Source: Eledone cirrhosa
Lineage: Eukaryota
Reading direction: 5' to 3'
Assembly: GCA_964016885.1 (NCBI GenBank)
Contig: OZ024741.1
Coordinates: forward strand, 160,518,001-160,582,000
DNA: 64,000 bases
Position numbers and translations under genes: made by a program. Shown piece after piece: positions 1 to 16,886 of the stretch. The notes beneath the pieces are model-generated. The model was given only the letters and a program-made list of their open reading frames with translations. It made no database searches and was not told where the DNA came from. The first letter of the stretch is position 1. Every line of letters begins with the position of its first letter.

Positions 1-329
1 TCTGTGGATCCAATGGCTACAACATAGTGAACTCCACCAAACGAACATATGGGCCGAGAGATATTGTTAAACTGGATATTGTGATTTGTTTACTATCCAT
101 ATGCGTCTACCACCCAGATGTGTCTTCCATTCACATATGTCAACCATCCTGATCTGTCTAGTATCCTCATGTGTCTGTCATCCACATGTTTCCGCTATCT
201 TGATATGTCTATCTTCTACGAGAGGTTCCCTTTCACATATGTTTAGCATCCAGAAACAAACAAAAACGTCGAGAGACATTCACCCCATATACGATAGGAA
301 TGTAATTTCATAAATACCAGCCTTGGTTG

Positions 330-752
330 TCATGATTATGATGATGATGGTGCTGTGGTGGAGGAGGTGGCGGTGGTGGTGGTGTTGTTGTTGTTGGCGG
401 CGGTGGTGGTGGTGGTGTTGTTGTTGGCAGTGGTGGTGGTGGTGGTGGCGGTGGGGGTTGTGGTGGTGGTGGTGGTGGCGGTGGTGGGGAGTGTGATGAT
501 GATGACAATCATGACAATGACGATCGTGATGATGATGACAATGGTGATGACGATGAGGAGAGGGGGGGGAGGGGATATTGATGATGGTGGTGGTGACGAC
601 AATGACGACGATGATGATGATGATGATGAAAAGGAAGAGGAGGAGGAGGAGGGGAGGAGGAAGACTTTGCCGATGATGTTGATGTTGATGATGATATTGA
701 TGGTGGAGAAGGAGGGGGTTTAATGATGATGATGATGATGACAATGATGACT
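330..752. repeat. Compound trinucleotide microsatellite (GGT/GAT/GAG)n
   Basis: Direct reading; the overlapping poly-H/P/T/V ORFs are translations of the repeat. Confidence 0.9.
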
Positions 753-872
753 ATAATGAAACAGATGTAATATTTATCGGCGGGCACCATAATTGTAGAA
801 CTAGTTTCCAATATTTCCAGACAATTTGACGAGTGTTCACAACTAAATATAAAAACAGCACACCATTACAGA

Positions 873-2886
<2,014 letters not shown>

Positions 2887-2890
2887 ATAC

Positions 2891-2921
<31 letters not shown>

Positions 2922-2958
2922 TATAGTGTGTATATATATATATATATATGTGTGTGTA

Positions 2959-3019
<61 letters not shown>

Positions 3020-3185
3020 TACATATATATAAAATATATATATATATATATACATACATACTTATGTACAAACATACATACCTATATATACATACATCTA
3101 TGTATATATACATATATATATATATACATACATGTATATATACATATATATTATATATATACATATATATAATATATATATATGT

Positions 3186-3239
<54 letters not shown>

Positions 3240-3241
3240 TC

Positions 3242-3281
<40 letters not shown>

Positions 3282-3313
3282 GTATATATATATATATATT
3301 CGTATATATATTC

Positions 3314-3347
<34 letters not shown>

Positions 3348-3348
3348 G

Positions 3349-3379
<31 letters not shown>

Positions 3380-3403
3380 GTATATATATATATATATATA
3401 TTC

Positions 3404-3471
<68 letters not shown>

Positions 3472-3493
3472 GAATATATATATATATATATAC

Positions 3494-3567
<74 letters not shown>

Positions 3568-3849
3568 ATGTATGTACATATATGTGTGCATCTTCTATAT
3601 GTATGTATACACACACACATAAATACATACCCGCACATAAGAATATTTATCCTGAATTTCAAAATGAATCACCTGTGTATTTGACATCAACTATCATATT
3701 GGATAATATTAGATTATTTTCTGATTTCAATGTCGACACACGCCCTCAATGGAATCCCATGAAACCTTGCATTATTGTATTTGTGGTTTGGGCAGCGTAT
3801 ATATATGTATCTGTAGCTATGTGTGTATGTGTATATATATTTATATATA

Positions 3850-3916
<67 letters not shown>

Positions 3917-4078
3917 CTATATAGATGCATATATATATATGTGTATATATATTTATGTATGCATATATATATGTATATATATGTATACATATATATATAT
4001 ATATATATGTATACATATATATATATATACACACACACATATATATATGTGTGTGTATATATATATATATATGTATAC

Positions 4079-4164
<86 letters not shown>

Positions 4165-4422
4165 AGGGGGGTGTATGTATATATATATATATACATAAAT
4201 AGATAGATAGAACTAAATAAAAGATGTAGAACAGATAGGTAAACTATATACACAGACAGATTCACATATATTTAGAGAGATCGTTAGATGAATCAATGTG
4301 TATGTGTGTATGAATATATATGCACGTACGCACGCACATGCAAACACACACATACACACACACACACATTCATGTATTTTAATGGTATATATGCTTACAT
4401 ATATATGTGTGTATGCGTATAG

Positions 4423-4453
<31 letters not shown>

Positions 4454-4488
4454 ATATACTGTATATATATATATTTCTATGTGTATTG

Positions 4489-4593
<105 letters not shown>

Positions 4594-4749
4594 ATGCATT
4601 ATGTATATGTACATATACTTACATAGATGTTTTTTTCTTCTTTTTTCTTTTACTGTATTTTGTCAGGGGAGTTGAGTTGCCTTCATTGGAAAATGTTGAC
4701 ATATATATATATATACAAACATATATATATATATATACAAACATATATA

Positions 4750-4815
<66 letters not shown>

Positions 4816-4920
4816 TATATATATATATATATAAATATATATATATACAAACATATATATATATATATATATATACAAACATATATATATATGTATATAT
4901 ATATACATACATTCATATAT

Positions 4921-4963
<43 letters not shown>

Positions 4964-5015
4964 CAAACATATATATATATGTATATATATATATATACAT
5001 ACATTCATATATATA

Positions 5016-5143
<128 letters not shown>

Positions 5144-5656
5144 TGTCATATAATTAATTTAGAAAATATTCAGGTAGGAAATAAGAAATTTTTAATTTTA
5201 CCTTTTTCCTCAATCCTGAGATAATTGTTCTGGTTTGGGAGGGTTCTGTGAGAATTACCAAAATCTGGAATTATCATTGACGACAAAGATCTGATTGGAA
5301 TGTAACTTCGGGAATAACATATACACTGACGCATAAGCTTAGATTTTTACACATATAAATACGTATATATATACATACATATATGCATATACAAATATAC
5401 ATATATGCCTATATATATATGCCTATATATATATATTTGAATACTTATGTGTACATATATATATTCACACATATATATATATGTGTGTATGTGTATGTGT
5501 GCGCGAGTAAGTGTGTTGGTATAGATCTGCACATATATATATATATATATACATATGTGTACGTGTGTGTGTGGCAGTTTTTCTTTGATAACGAGACTCC
5601 AATATGTTTATTGTATATAAATATATACTGCATGCTTTCATATATACCCCTATACC

Positions 5657-5783
<127 letters not shown>

Positions 5784-6519
5784 AGAATGGAAGCTAGTAA
5801 AAACATAGTTGCGGCGCTCGGCCAGCATCCATGAAAGACACACTATTCGGAAACACTCAATAAGAAGATATCAATAAATCGATAAGTTACATCTTAGAGT
5901 AATAAGCATACGTTAAATGGCGTGACGAATTGAAAACTGTGGTTAATGGGACAAAGCCACAGAAGCCACTACAACAACGAAAATACTATCAGGATTATAT
6001 ATATAATATATATATATTTGAAATAAAGGTTTTTAATATGTACCAGACAGGTAAAACTATAAGAAAAAGAACTTGGAATGTAATTGGAGTCTTTCGGAAG
6101 GTTTTACAATAATGTGTGGCTCTGCCGGTTTCACAAGTTTCATGATTTTCAAGAGTCAAATGAGATGGAAAAATGTGTGGTTTTGCCAGCTTGTATATCT
6201 AATTGATGTTGGGGATTTCTTTCAGTTTTATACAAAAAAAATGTGGTTCAGATTGCTATGTTTCAAGTACAAATTTATAGGTTGAGGAAGGTCACATTTT
6301 TAGTTAATTTCGCACACAAAATTTTGCAGAAAAGAGGCTCAAGTTTAAAGTATATTTTGATAAGTTAAGGATCATCAATTGATTAGGCATCGTGTTTGGT
6401 GATATATTTGAATTTGGACAAGAAATAAAAAGGCGTGGAAAGGCCAACTGGAGGCAAAAAAAAAACATAAATAAAAGTGAAAAACATGAGCAGCTAAAAG
6501 CTTATTTTGTTGAATCTTT

Positions 6520-7080
6520 ATATATATAGGTTTAACAGTTTACTATCTACTCTTGTTCGGATATATACTCCACCTGTGAACTCGTTCACCCTATTTTGAA
6601 CTACAGCACCCACGAACAATGCCCGTGTTAAACCGAGTATATGGGATTGTTTTGCAGCATGGGCAACCAGAAATGAGGCTGAGCTGTCGCTCCCAAGTGA
6701 GATTGTAGCAGACATACTCTCGGTGAAGTGTCTGACTATCCTCACAAATTTGTCCAGAAATCTATAGATTTTGATTAGAATCCATAAACCATCTCTTCCT
6801 ACACTGCCCTTGTAAAGTCGATGAATTCGACGAAAAATATAACTCGATGATCAATAGCCTGAATCTGTCTCAAGATGAAAATCATGTCATTGCTGTCCTA
6901 TATGAATGGTAGATCATTTTTATAGTCACCTGGTTAATATTTTTTCTAGAGTTTTCCCTGCGTATGATAGTAGAGAAATTACTCGATAATTTCCATCGTC
7001 CTGTTGGTCAGTCTTCCGCCTGTATGTATTGATCATTTGAGTATATTTGAACTGTTGTTGGAGGTTTACACATTCCCAAC
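6520..7080 (-). mobile_element. Degenerate RTE-clade LINE reverse transcriptase fragment
   Basis: GNYRVISLLSYAGKTLEKIL and KFVRIVRHFTESMSATISLGSDSSASFLVAHAAKQ resemble RTE RT motifs (GNYRGISLLS..GK; F.V..GVKQG). Confidence 0.75.
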
Positions 7081-7485
7081 ATTCTGTAAAGAATTGGAGA
7101 AGCCTACAGTGAAATTCCATCCTACCGTAGTGTAGACCTCCATGGGAGGTCACACCGGTGCCTTGAGAAAGCAACAGCAAATATCAACCCGGGAGATATC
7201 AATGAATCGAAACAACAGAAGTAATTATTATTTCTTTATGATTTTCTGGGGGGGGAGGGGGTCTGTTTAACTTCTAGCTGCTTGATGAGGTCATAACTGT
7301 TACATAATGGTTGTCACTGAAATATATATAACAACGATTATGAATAAATGAAGTGAATTCTAACCTTTTGACTTGTACTTCCTGATTATAATTATACTCC
7401 AGAGTAAACAGACTTACCTATGTTCTTCGTAGAGTGCTCTACCCTGCATACAATATTGTCGGTGATTAACTAACACATACTTTAC

Positions 7486-7533
<48 letters not shown>

Positions 7534-7699
7534 TAATAATTATATATGTATGTGTGGGTGTGTATGTATGTGAGCGCACACACATAGATGTATATTTATA
7601 TATATATATACATGTGTGTGTGTATGTGCGTGTATATGAGCGCACATACACACCTATATATATATATGTATATATGTACATATATATATATATATAACT

Positions 7700-8225
7700 G
7701 GTAACATGTATCCCAGTACAACCTGTCCCATGGTCGGGTCGTTGGCGACTAAACTGGCAACCCCACCAAGGTTTCTTGGTGAGGAGGGTGACTTTGGACA
7801 TCCTGCAGGACTAAAAACAAAACCTGTCAAAGGGCAAAGGAGCTCTTAAGAGTCAATGGCCATCCAAAATCACCAGGAGAGATGACCCCTTAGCCTTTGT
7901 CAAGGCAGAATTCTAGGAGAAGGAAAACTCTGATATAACACCTGCAACCCTGATGGTTTCCAATGATGTTGACTTGTTCTTCTTTTTGGTAAATATCATC
8001 TTGGTTAAGAGAGTGGGACTGGCTTTGTGCAGTGCCTTTGCTCACTATAAAAGCTTCACAGCACAGGCATTGCTTTATATCTGGAGATCTCTCTGCACTT
8101 GTCGTCACATGGTACCATGGGCCCAGCACTATGTGTCAATAATTGTCACAAGTGTAGTGTTTGTACCAGAGTTTTCAAGTCGCTGGCTGGACTAAAAAGT
8201 CACACTTATTCAGCGCATCGGTAGG
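7700..8225 (+). mobile_element. RTE-related remnant ending in C2H2 finger
   Basis: ~8150-8220 translates to [22 protein letters not shown], the typical RTE ORF C-terminal zinc finger; upstream part resembles an RTE 5' region (weak). Confidence 0.5.
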
Positions 8226-8281
8226 GGTTCTCCTACATGGATATAAAGTAGTGGCCGTACTCGAAAACGAGTTGGCAGCCA

Positions 8282-8326
<45 letters not shown>

Positions 8327-8408
8327 CAAAAAAGTAAGTGTTGGTAAAATCCAGTACTTCATATATAGCAGTAAATAAAGGATTATGAGTTCATGCAATT
8401 GACTTATG

Positions 8409-8476
<68 letters not shown>

Positions 8477-8479
<3 letters not shown>

Positions 8480-9218
8480 TTTAGCGAGGTTTTTTTTATA
8501 TGAAATCGTGTGTCGAAACAGATATTGTTATACTTGGGGAGGGTCATATTTGCGTGATATTGCCAGAATTAATAACAGAACACACTCACTGTTTGGTTGG
8601 TTTTCGCTTCTCGCTGTCTTTTATATCTGCGATCTAACTTACTCGGTCCTCAATGTTGCCATTGACTGACCGACGGTCAAAAATAATACAGATACAATAT
8701 AGACACAAACACATATATATAGTTTACATAATTTACATAAATCTTTCGTTGCACATCTGCAACATCGTCAGTGGTGTTATATTCTTTGTTCCTCCTGTTG
8801 TGTTGTATGTCTACGCCATTTTTTATTCAGTCTGTCTATATATTTATTTATTTATTTGCTTGTTTGTTTATCTTATTTTATTTTGTCTTCTTTGCGCATG
8901 CGTTTGCGTGTGTGTATGGTGTTATGTGTGCTGTGTGACTAGTGTGTATAGTGTTGTGACTGCTGGGTGACTAGTGTGTGTTTATGTGCTTGTTGTTATT
9001 GTGCTTGTGTATGTATTTCTTTATCTTATTTTATTTTATTTTATTTTATTGTATTATTTTTGACCGTCGGTCAGTCAATGGCAATATTGAGGACCGAGTA
9101 AGTTAGATCGCAGATATAAAAGACAGCGAGAAGCGAAAACCAACCAAACAGTGAGTGTGTTCTGTTATTAATTCTGGCAATATCACGCAAATATGACCCT
9201 CCCCAAGTATAACAATAT
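8477..9218 (-). mobile_element. Non-autonomous PLE pseudo-LTR unit with ~169-bp inverted arms (8522-8690 / 9050-9218)
   Basis: Arms are near-perfect reverse complements; the end gtttagc.ag..tt..at.tgaaa.cgtgtgt.gaaac.gatattgttat.ctt.gggagggtcat is shared with the 29795-29860 tail of the Nematis-like PLE; flanked by (TA)n on both sides. Confidence 0.75.
8735..8775 (-). ncRNA. Minimal hammerhead ribozyme motif
   Basis: Minus strand ccaCTGACGAt-gttgca-gatg-tgcaac-GAAAgatTTA: core boxes and 6-bp stem II present; stem I weak. Confidence 0.6.
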
Positions 9219-9223
9219 ATATA

Positions 9224-9445
<222 letters not shown>

Positions 9446-9446
9446 C

Positions 9447-9752
<306 letters not shown>

Positions 9753-9757
9753 GTACA

Positions 9758-9808
<51 letters not shown>

Positions 9809-9813
9809 GTACA

Positions 9814-9851
<38 letters not shown>

Positions 9852-9853
9852 GA

Positions 9854-9886
<33 letters not shown>

Positions 9887-9891
9887 GTACA

Positions 9892-10015
<124 letters not shown>

Positions 10016-10427
10016 CTTTTATAATTTTTTTTAATGTTTATTATTTTCTATCTGGTATATTTATTGATTAAATTTCTGCATTTTTCACGTCTTTTTCTTC
10101 GATGTTTGGCAATTTTCCTATATAATTTTACCAAACTCTCCTACTTTAAGTCAGAAATCAGTAAATTACTGATCAAATTACCTGGCACTAACTTCTCCCA
10201 AGTCACCTTAGAAGACCTTGATTGAACAATGATAATGAACTAAGAAGAATTATAGAGGGGATAAGTAGAGTCGAGAGTAGAAAGATGGTAGTGGAAAATT
10301 CAATGTATAAAATTGACAATTGTCATAGAATAGGTTCAATATATATAAAGAAGAAGAAGAAGAAGAAGAAGAATGGGAGGAGGAGGAAGGAGACGTAGAA
10401 AAATTGTTCTCATTATTTTTATTATTA

Positions 10428-10620
10428 TGGTGGATTGGGAGTATCGGTAGAGGGTCGGACGCCATTCTTTGACGTATAGAGTTACGCCCCTTGCCATTCT
10501 GAGTTCAAATCCCGCCGAGGTTAACTTTGCCTTTCATCCTTACGGGGTCGATAAAATAAAGTACCAGTAATACACTGGGATAATTGCTGGCCTTGTGCCA
10601 AAAGTAGAAACAATTATTAT
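10428..10620 (+). mobile_element. tRNA-derived SINE (family A)
   Basis: A-box-like ggattgg.agtatcggtagag, B-box gagttcaaatccc, body ctttgcctttcatcct..ggggtcgataaaataaagtaccagt, tail ggccttgtgcc.aaagtagaaacaattatt; many copies in the window. Confidence 0.85.
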
Positions 10621-10623
10621 TAT

Positions 10624-10668
<45 letters not shown>

Positions 10669-11139
10669 CAGCAGCAGCAGCAGTAGCAGCAGCAGATATT
10701 GTAATCACATTTGTAGAATCTAGCATAAAGGATTTGAGAAGTAATTTGTATTTATGTAGTAGGTTCCTAGGCAATGTAGACATAAATAGAGGTATTTTCC
10801 AGGGTAATTCCGTTTATGCCTCAACAGAGATACGGAGTATAAAAAACTTATGAGACGAGTCCCTGCAGAGAAAAAAGAAATAGTTGTTGAAAAAATATGG
10901 TCTATTTAAACGATTGGAATGTTTAGGGGTTGATTCTCCCACGGTGATCTAAAAAGCGCTACTGAAATACTATTGATCTCAGTCCAAGACCAATCTTTAA
11001 GTGCTATGTCGGTAACTAAAGGAATATATCTTCTTGGTAAAAGTGGGAAGTGCCGTCTGTATGGAATTAATATAGAAAGTACCACCCATATTATGAGTGC
11101 GTGCAATATGCTTGCTCAAAAAGAGTATATATAAAGGAA

Positions 11140-11390
11140 GTCTTGGCAAGGTCTGTATGTACCTTCACTTGTCAATGTACAAGTGTGGCTATCAGATGTG
11201 CGATAAGTGGTACCAGCATGTCCCAGAAATTGTCCTTGATGATAGAAGCAAACTCAAACGGCTTCACTATCCAAACGGACCGCAAATTTAAACACAACAT
11301 ACCAGATATATGCATGAACGCCAGATTATTGATGTTACCATCCCAGGAGACCACGACATAGTCTTAAAAGAAATTGGAAAACTAACACAA
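11140..11390 (+). mobile_element. R4/Dong-clade LINE fragment (RLE endonuclease region)
   Basis: CDKWYQHVPEIVLDD...FTIQTDRKFKHNIPDI matches KWYEHKPEAVIEN..WDFRIQTDKRLEHNRPDL at 48641-49345. Confidence 0.7.
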
Positions 11391-11404
11391 TATACTTACT
11401 AACT

Positions 11405-12235
11405 TCATCATCATCATCCACTTTATCCAGCAACGTTGCTGGGTCGTGGCCATTGTAAATCGAGGTTCTCTCCAGCTATCCCTTTCCAAAGCATCCTCCT
11501 GTGTCAATCCGCTTCTTGACAGATCTTTTATGTTATCATTCCACCGTTTTCTAGCCCTTCCAACAGGTATTCTGCCATCTATCTCCATTATCCATGCTTG
11601 CTTGACAGAGTTGTTTTCACTCATCCAGACAACGTGCCCAAACCACCTTAATTGGACCACTCGAATCCTTTCAATGAAAGGGTCTACATCCATTTCTTTT
11701 CTAATAGCTTCACCTCTAGTATGACCCAACAAGGTAACTCCTTTTATTCTCCGAAGCATTCTCATTTCGGGGGCTTCCAAGATGTTTTCCTCCTTTGTTA
11801 TTAAAGGACGTTGGAACTGATCGTATAATTGATTTGTATAGTTTAGCTTTGAGTTTCTTCTTTTGTCATAAATAACTCCACTTATTTCTTTCCATTCAAC
11901 CATGCTGCATTTTCACAAGCTCTCACTGCCATTACTGATCCCCCATCTTCACTTAACATCACCCCCAAACAAACCTGTTTTCATATGGTGTTATTACTGT
12001 CAACGACATTTATTTATTTGTGGGGTTTTGTACTGGCCATCACTCCTGCCATTGAGGTATTAACGTTTAGTCCATGAGATGCTAGTAATTTTGCTGCACT
12101 TCATCTATTGTTCTTCTCATAATTACCAAGTACCCCATAAAAAGTAATTCCCAAGAAATTCCTCTTCTACAGACATCGGTTATTGTATCCAGAACCACAA
12201 CAAAAAGAAAAGGATTCAATGTAGATATTTCTTGG
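11405..12235 (-). mobile_element. RTE-clade LINE 3' portion
   Basis: LNPFLFVVVLDTIT (RT), EMRMLRRIKGVT, QLRWFGHV, GRARKRWNDNIK; short (GAT)n 3' tail at 11405-11418. Confidence 0.85.
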
Positions 12236-12299
12236 GACATGATACGGCGTTCAGGTGGTAGTACACCATTGAGGCGATATAGGCATTTGCCAAATCAGC

Positions 12300-12495
12300 C
12301 CGGCCTTTCGATTACAGCTTTTTCTCAGCCCATTTCTGGGCGAAACTGACCAGTTCGATAGTGACCTCTTCCCAGTTCTTGTCCATCTGGAGATCCGGTT
12401 CAAACCAAACCCAGTGTACTTTACTCTGGCACTCGGTCTAGCGATGGAAATTGCAGCTGAGCATCATGGAGATGCCTTTACAAGAACCAAGTGGT
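12300..12495 (-). mobile_element. Tx1/L1-clade LINE fragment
   Basis: ccagttcttgtccatctggagatccggttcaaaccaaacccag is homologous to 28125-28170 (LGVWFGPDLQVEKNW). Confidence 0.65.
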
Positions 12496-12555
12496 AAGCC
12501 TACAGAATTCTCCCCCACTTAAGCGTGTATCTGTCGCCTGTTCGTATTACCGCTC

Positions 12556-12915
12556 CTTTATTTTTCGAACCCGAAAGGATGAAAGGCAAAGCTAACCTCG
12601 GCGGGATTTGAACACAGAACATAAAAGGCCCTGAACTGTAATATCGGTAGATCGTCGGACAAAATGCTGTAAAGCATTTTGTCCGACGATCTACCGATAC
12701 TGCCAAAGTTAACCTTGGCGATATTTGAACTCAGAATGGCAAGGGCCGTAACTCTATACGTCAAAGCATGGCGTCCGACCCTCTACCGATACTGCCAATC
12801 CACCGCCCTATATAGATAATTGTTTCTACTTTAGGCACAAGGCCAGCAATTACCCAGTACATTACTGGTACTTTATTTTATCGACCCTGTAAGGATGAAA
12901 GGCAAAGTTAACCTA
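12556..12915 (-). mobile_element. Cluster of nested/partial SINE family A copies
   Basis: Repeated aaggatgaaaggcaaag.taacctcggcgggatttgaac and ctaccgatactgccaatccacc. Confidence 0.8.
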
Positions 12916-13624
12916 ATGTTGATAATAGTACAAAGGCGAAATATAAAAGAAAACAACAAAAAAGATACAGGTAGGGGAATTAAATATGAAATCAATATTT
13001 AGTTACAACTACATTTGGTTGTTATTTCTAGCAGACTCAGCCACTACATAGAACCCTCATCGTTGATTTTACGCCATCTCTATCCTCCCTGTTTATTTAA
13101 ACAAAACAAAAGAAACAAGTTTGGTTCATTTTGTTCAGATTTATGCCCTTCTCGGCAGTCATTTTTGATTGTCGACCTTTCATTTCTAATGTTCTTAGAT
13201 TTTTACGAGCAGTCAAGGGCGACACTGTTTTTTAATTAGGCGCTATTTTATGCCTCTTACTAATCGCCATTGATGTATTTACCTTTATTTGAGTGTGGCA
13301 GTAGGAATTGCTTGAAGCAGACGACAGGCTTATCTTTCTTTCTAGCTGACGTCACTCTAACTGCCCCTTCTCTTCATCCCACTCTTACTCTTCCCCCTCT
13401 CCACTCTCCCTCTCCCTCTCTCTTTTTCTCTTTCTCCCTCTCTTTCTCTCTCTCTCTCTCTCTCACTCTCTTTCTCTCTCTCATACTCTGTCACTCTCAC
13501 TCTCTTACTTTGTCTCTCTGACTGTCCCTCTTTTCATCTCTCTCGCTCTCTCGCTCTCGCTCTCTCTGTCTTAACGTTCATTTCTTCCCTCCCTTCTCTT
13601 TACAATGTAGAAACTTTACCATTT

Positions 13625-14340
13625 TAACACTACTGCCACTGCAACCGTTACCACCAACACCATCTTAACTATTACACGACCACCATCTCTATCCCCAACA
13701 CCACCACCACCGTATCACACCAACACCTTAATACACAAACGTTACTTTCTCTAAACATCACAGCCATCACTTCACCACTATTACAACTACCATCACAACA
13801 ATTACCATTGCTTCTTCCACTACCACCACTACATTTTCCCCTGTCATCACTACTGTACCACCACATCCCTACTACCACTATCACCACCATACCACTACAA
13901 CCACTACTGCAACCATCACCACCAGCATCACCTCTATTACTACCGCTACCACCATTTCCTCAACCACTACCACCACTACTACTGCTATCACCACCATACC
14001 ACTACCACCACTATTGCAACCACCACCAAAACTACAACCGCTACCACCATCATCACAAACACTACCACCACTACTACCGCTATCACCACCACCACTACTG
14101 CACCCATCACCACCACCACCACCACTACAACCGCTACCACTATTATCACAACTACTACCACCATCACTACCGCTATCAACACCACCACCAAAACTACAAC
14201 TACTACCACCATCACAACAACCGCCACCACCATTACCTCAACCACTATCATCACTACTACTGCTATCACCACCACTACTGCAACCATCACTACCACCACT
14301 ACCACTACTACTGCTATCAGCATTACCACAACCACTACCA

Positions 14341-14372
<32 letters not shown>

Positions 14373-14560
14373 ACCACCACCACCATCACAACCAATAACT
14401 ACCGCAGCTATTCACCACTGGCACCACGAACGCCAACAACAATCACAACCACCACTACCGATGACATTACCAGCGTTATTACAACCACCGTTACCATAAT
14501 GCCGACTCTCCACCACCAACACAACCACCGCCACCACAAACCCTACCAACCCCCATCACT
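13625..14560. repeat. Degenerate (ACC/ACT/ATC)n low-complexity tract
   Basis: Direct reading. Confidence 0.85.
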
Positions 14561-14794
14561 AGAGGTCACTATATCATTCCCATCTATATCATTAGGTAAT
14601 AAAACTCTGTTTTGATTGGTGCTAGCATAATTGACATTGCCATTTACGAGAGGTCACGTGACATTTTATTTAGTCGTCGGCTGGGACTGAACCATTGTCA
14701 GCTACATAACGAAGTGAAGAGCGGCGTGTTGTTTATGGGTGTTGTATTAGGTTAGGTGATGTGCAATAAGAGGTGTTGAGTATCAGTGTAGTAG

Positions 14795-15530
14795 TAATGG
14801 TGCTGGTGGTGGTGGGGTAGTAGTAGGGATGTTAGTGTTGGTGGTATTAGTGGTGGTGGTTCCGGTGGTGGTATTCGTGCTGGTGGTGGTGATAGTACTG
14901 ATGTTAGTGCTGGTCGTATTAGTGGTGGTGGGGTAGTAGTAGGGATGTTAGTGTTGGTGGTATTAGTGGTGGTGGTTCCGGTGGTGGTAGTCGTGCAGGT
15001 GGTGGTGATAGTATTGATGTTAGTGCTGGTCGTATTAGTGGTGGTGGTGGCGGGTGGGGGGGATAGTAGGGATGTTAGTGTTGGTGGTATTAGTGGTGGT
15101 GGGGGGGGGGGGTAGTAGGGATGTTAGTGGTGGTGGTATTAGTGGGGGGGGGATAGTAGTGATGTTAGTGTTGGTGGTATTAGTGGTGGGGGGGGGGGGG
15201 GTAGTAGGGATGTTAGTGGTGGTGGTATTAGTGGTGGTGGGGGGGGGGGATAGTAGTGATGTTAGTGTTGGTGGTATTAGTGGTGGTGGGGGGGGGATAG
15301 TAGGGATGTTAGTGCTGGTGGTATTAGTGGTGGTGGTGTGGGGGGGGGGGCAGTAGGGATGTTAGTGTTGGTGGTATTAGTTGTGGTGGTGGTGGTGGTA
15401 TTAGTGGTGGTGGTGGTGGTGGCGGTCGTGGTGATGGTGGTGGTGATGGTGGTGGTGATGGTGGTGGTGATGGTGGTGGTAATAGTAGTGGTGTTAGTGT
15501 TGGTGGTATTGATGGTGGTGTTAGTTGTAA

Positions 15531-15582
<52 letters not shown>

Positions 15583-15713
15583 CGTTGTAGTGGTGGTGGT
15601 GGTGGTGGTGGTGGTGGTGGTGGTGGTGGTGGTGGTGGTATTAGTGGTGGTGGTGGTGGTGGTGGTAATAGTAGTGATGTTAGTGTTGGTGGCATTGATG
15701 GTGGTATTATTAT

Positions 15714-15768
<55 letters not shown>

Positions 15769-15825
15769 GGTGGTGGTGGTATTAGTGGTGGTGGTGGTGG
15801 TGGTGGCGGCGGTGGTGGTGATGGT
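14795..15825. repeat. G-rich minisatellite (tagtagggatgttagtgttggtggtattagtggtgg + G-runs) grading into (GTA)n/(GGT)n
   Basis: Unit reiterated about 10 times or more, with G7-G14 runs. Confidence 0.85.
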
Positions 15826-16229
15826 CTTGACGTTCATTCTACACAAACTGCAGTGTCTTAGATAAGTTTTCAATCAACCAAGTTCCGCCGATGACTCGGT
15901 TTCGATTCCCAGTAAGAACCAGTTTAATGTATCTCTATTGCCGAGTAAGGCTAGAATATCACAGCTTCCTGTTTCACCTTCTGCCCTAATCAGCCGAAAT
16001 CACAATCCACCGGCTTAAAAAAAAAGACACAACAGATAACGTGATTCTGGGTTCGCTTCACAGGAAAAAACCAGGATGGCCACTGCAATCGTCAGCACCA
16101 GCACCATCTAAACCAGAGATTCTCAAACTCTTTGGTCCACTGCCCCCTCACGGCCACGTAATACCCTCAGTCCCCCCCCCCCCCTCCGGCCCCTATTTCC
16201 AGAGAGATCTGCCTACACACAAATTATAA

Positions 16230-16322
16230 ATAATTGTTTCTACTTTAGGCACAAGGCCAGCAATCACCCAGTGTATTACTGGTACTTTATTTTATCAACC
16301 CCCGTAAGGATGAAAGGCAAAA
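16230..16322 (-). mobile_element. SINE family A 3' half
   Basis: ataattgtttctactttaggcacaaggccagcaat...aaggatgaaaggcaaa. Confidence 0.8.
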
Positions 16323-16333
16323 TAAATAATATA

Positions 16334-16886
16334 TCTATATATATATATAAATAAAACTGAGGATGTCTGTGTGTGTGTGTCTGAGTTTGAATCCCTAAAA
16401 CTCGAGAAGCACCCAACCGACTGTTTTCAAACTTTACACATGTAATACTTATGTTTCAGGGACTATTCTGAGCAAAAAAGAATTTCAAATTTTCAATGCC
16501 CTAGGGACCGCATTATGCGATTTAGCGATCTCTCTCTATAATTCTTAGTCTTTCTCTTTTTAGATAGATACTTACATATAACGTCGCGCCCTTATAATAT
16601 CTGTAGGGCTTTTTTTAGGCGTTAAGTCTAGCCGATTTTCCCCGAAATTTCAAGGCATATTATACACATAAAAAAAATTAATTTTCTTGATGCTCTAGGT
16701 GGAAACCTGCATTTTTCCTGCTTCATCGAGGAAAATCTTAAAGATTATCCAGCCATCAGAGTATTCGGTTTATTTTCTTTACATATTGTCGAGGCATGCA
16801 GTGTTTCTACGATTAGGTCTGTTGGCGGCCCGCTTTCCAAAATACCTTATCCCGTGCAACGCCGGGTACCAGGGTACCACTGATAG
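16334..16886 (+). mobile_element. Non-autonomous Helitron-like element
   Basis: 5' TCtatatatatataaa, internal (GT)n, 3' GC-rich hairpin cccgtgcaacgccggg followed by a CTAG-like end (gatag). Confidence 0.6.

Noticed and set aside
1-325. Possible retroelement coding remnant at the window start
   Set aside because: No convincing motif recovered in any frame.
10428-10520. tRNA genes
   Set aside because: The A/B boxes belong to SINE heads, continue into SINE bodies and do not form a cloverleaf.
14610-14670. CCAAT-like and gtcacgtgac E-box motifs as a promoter
   Set aside because: Short motifs with no associated gene evidence.
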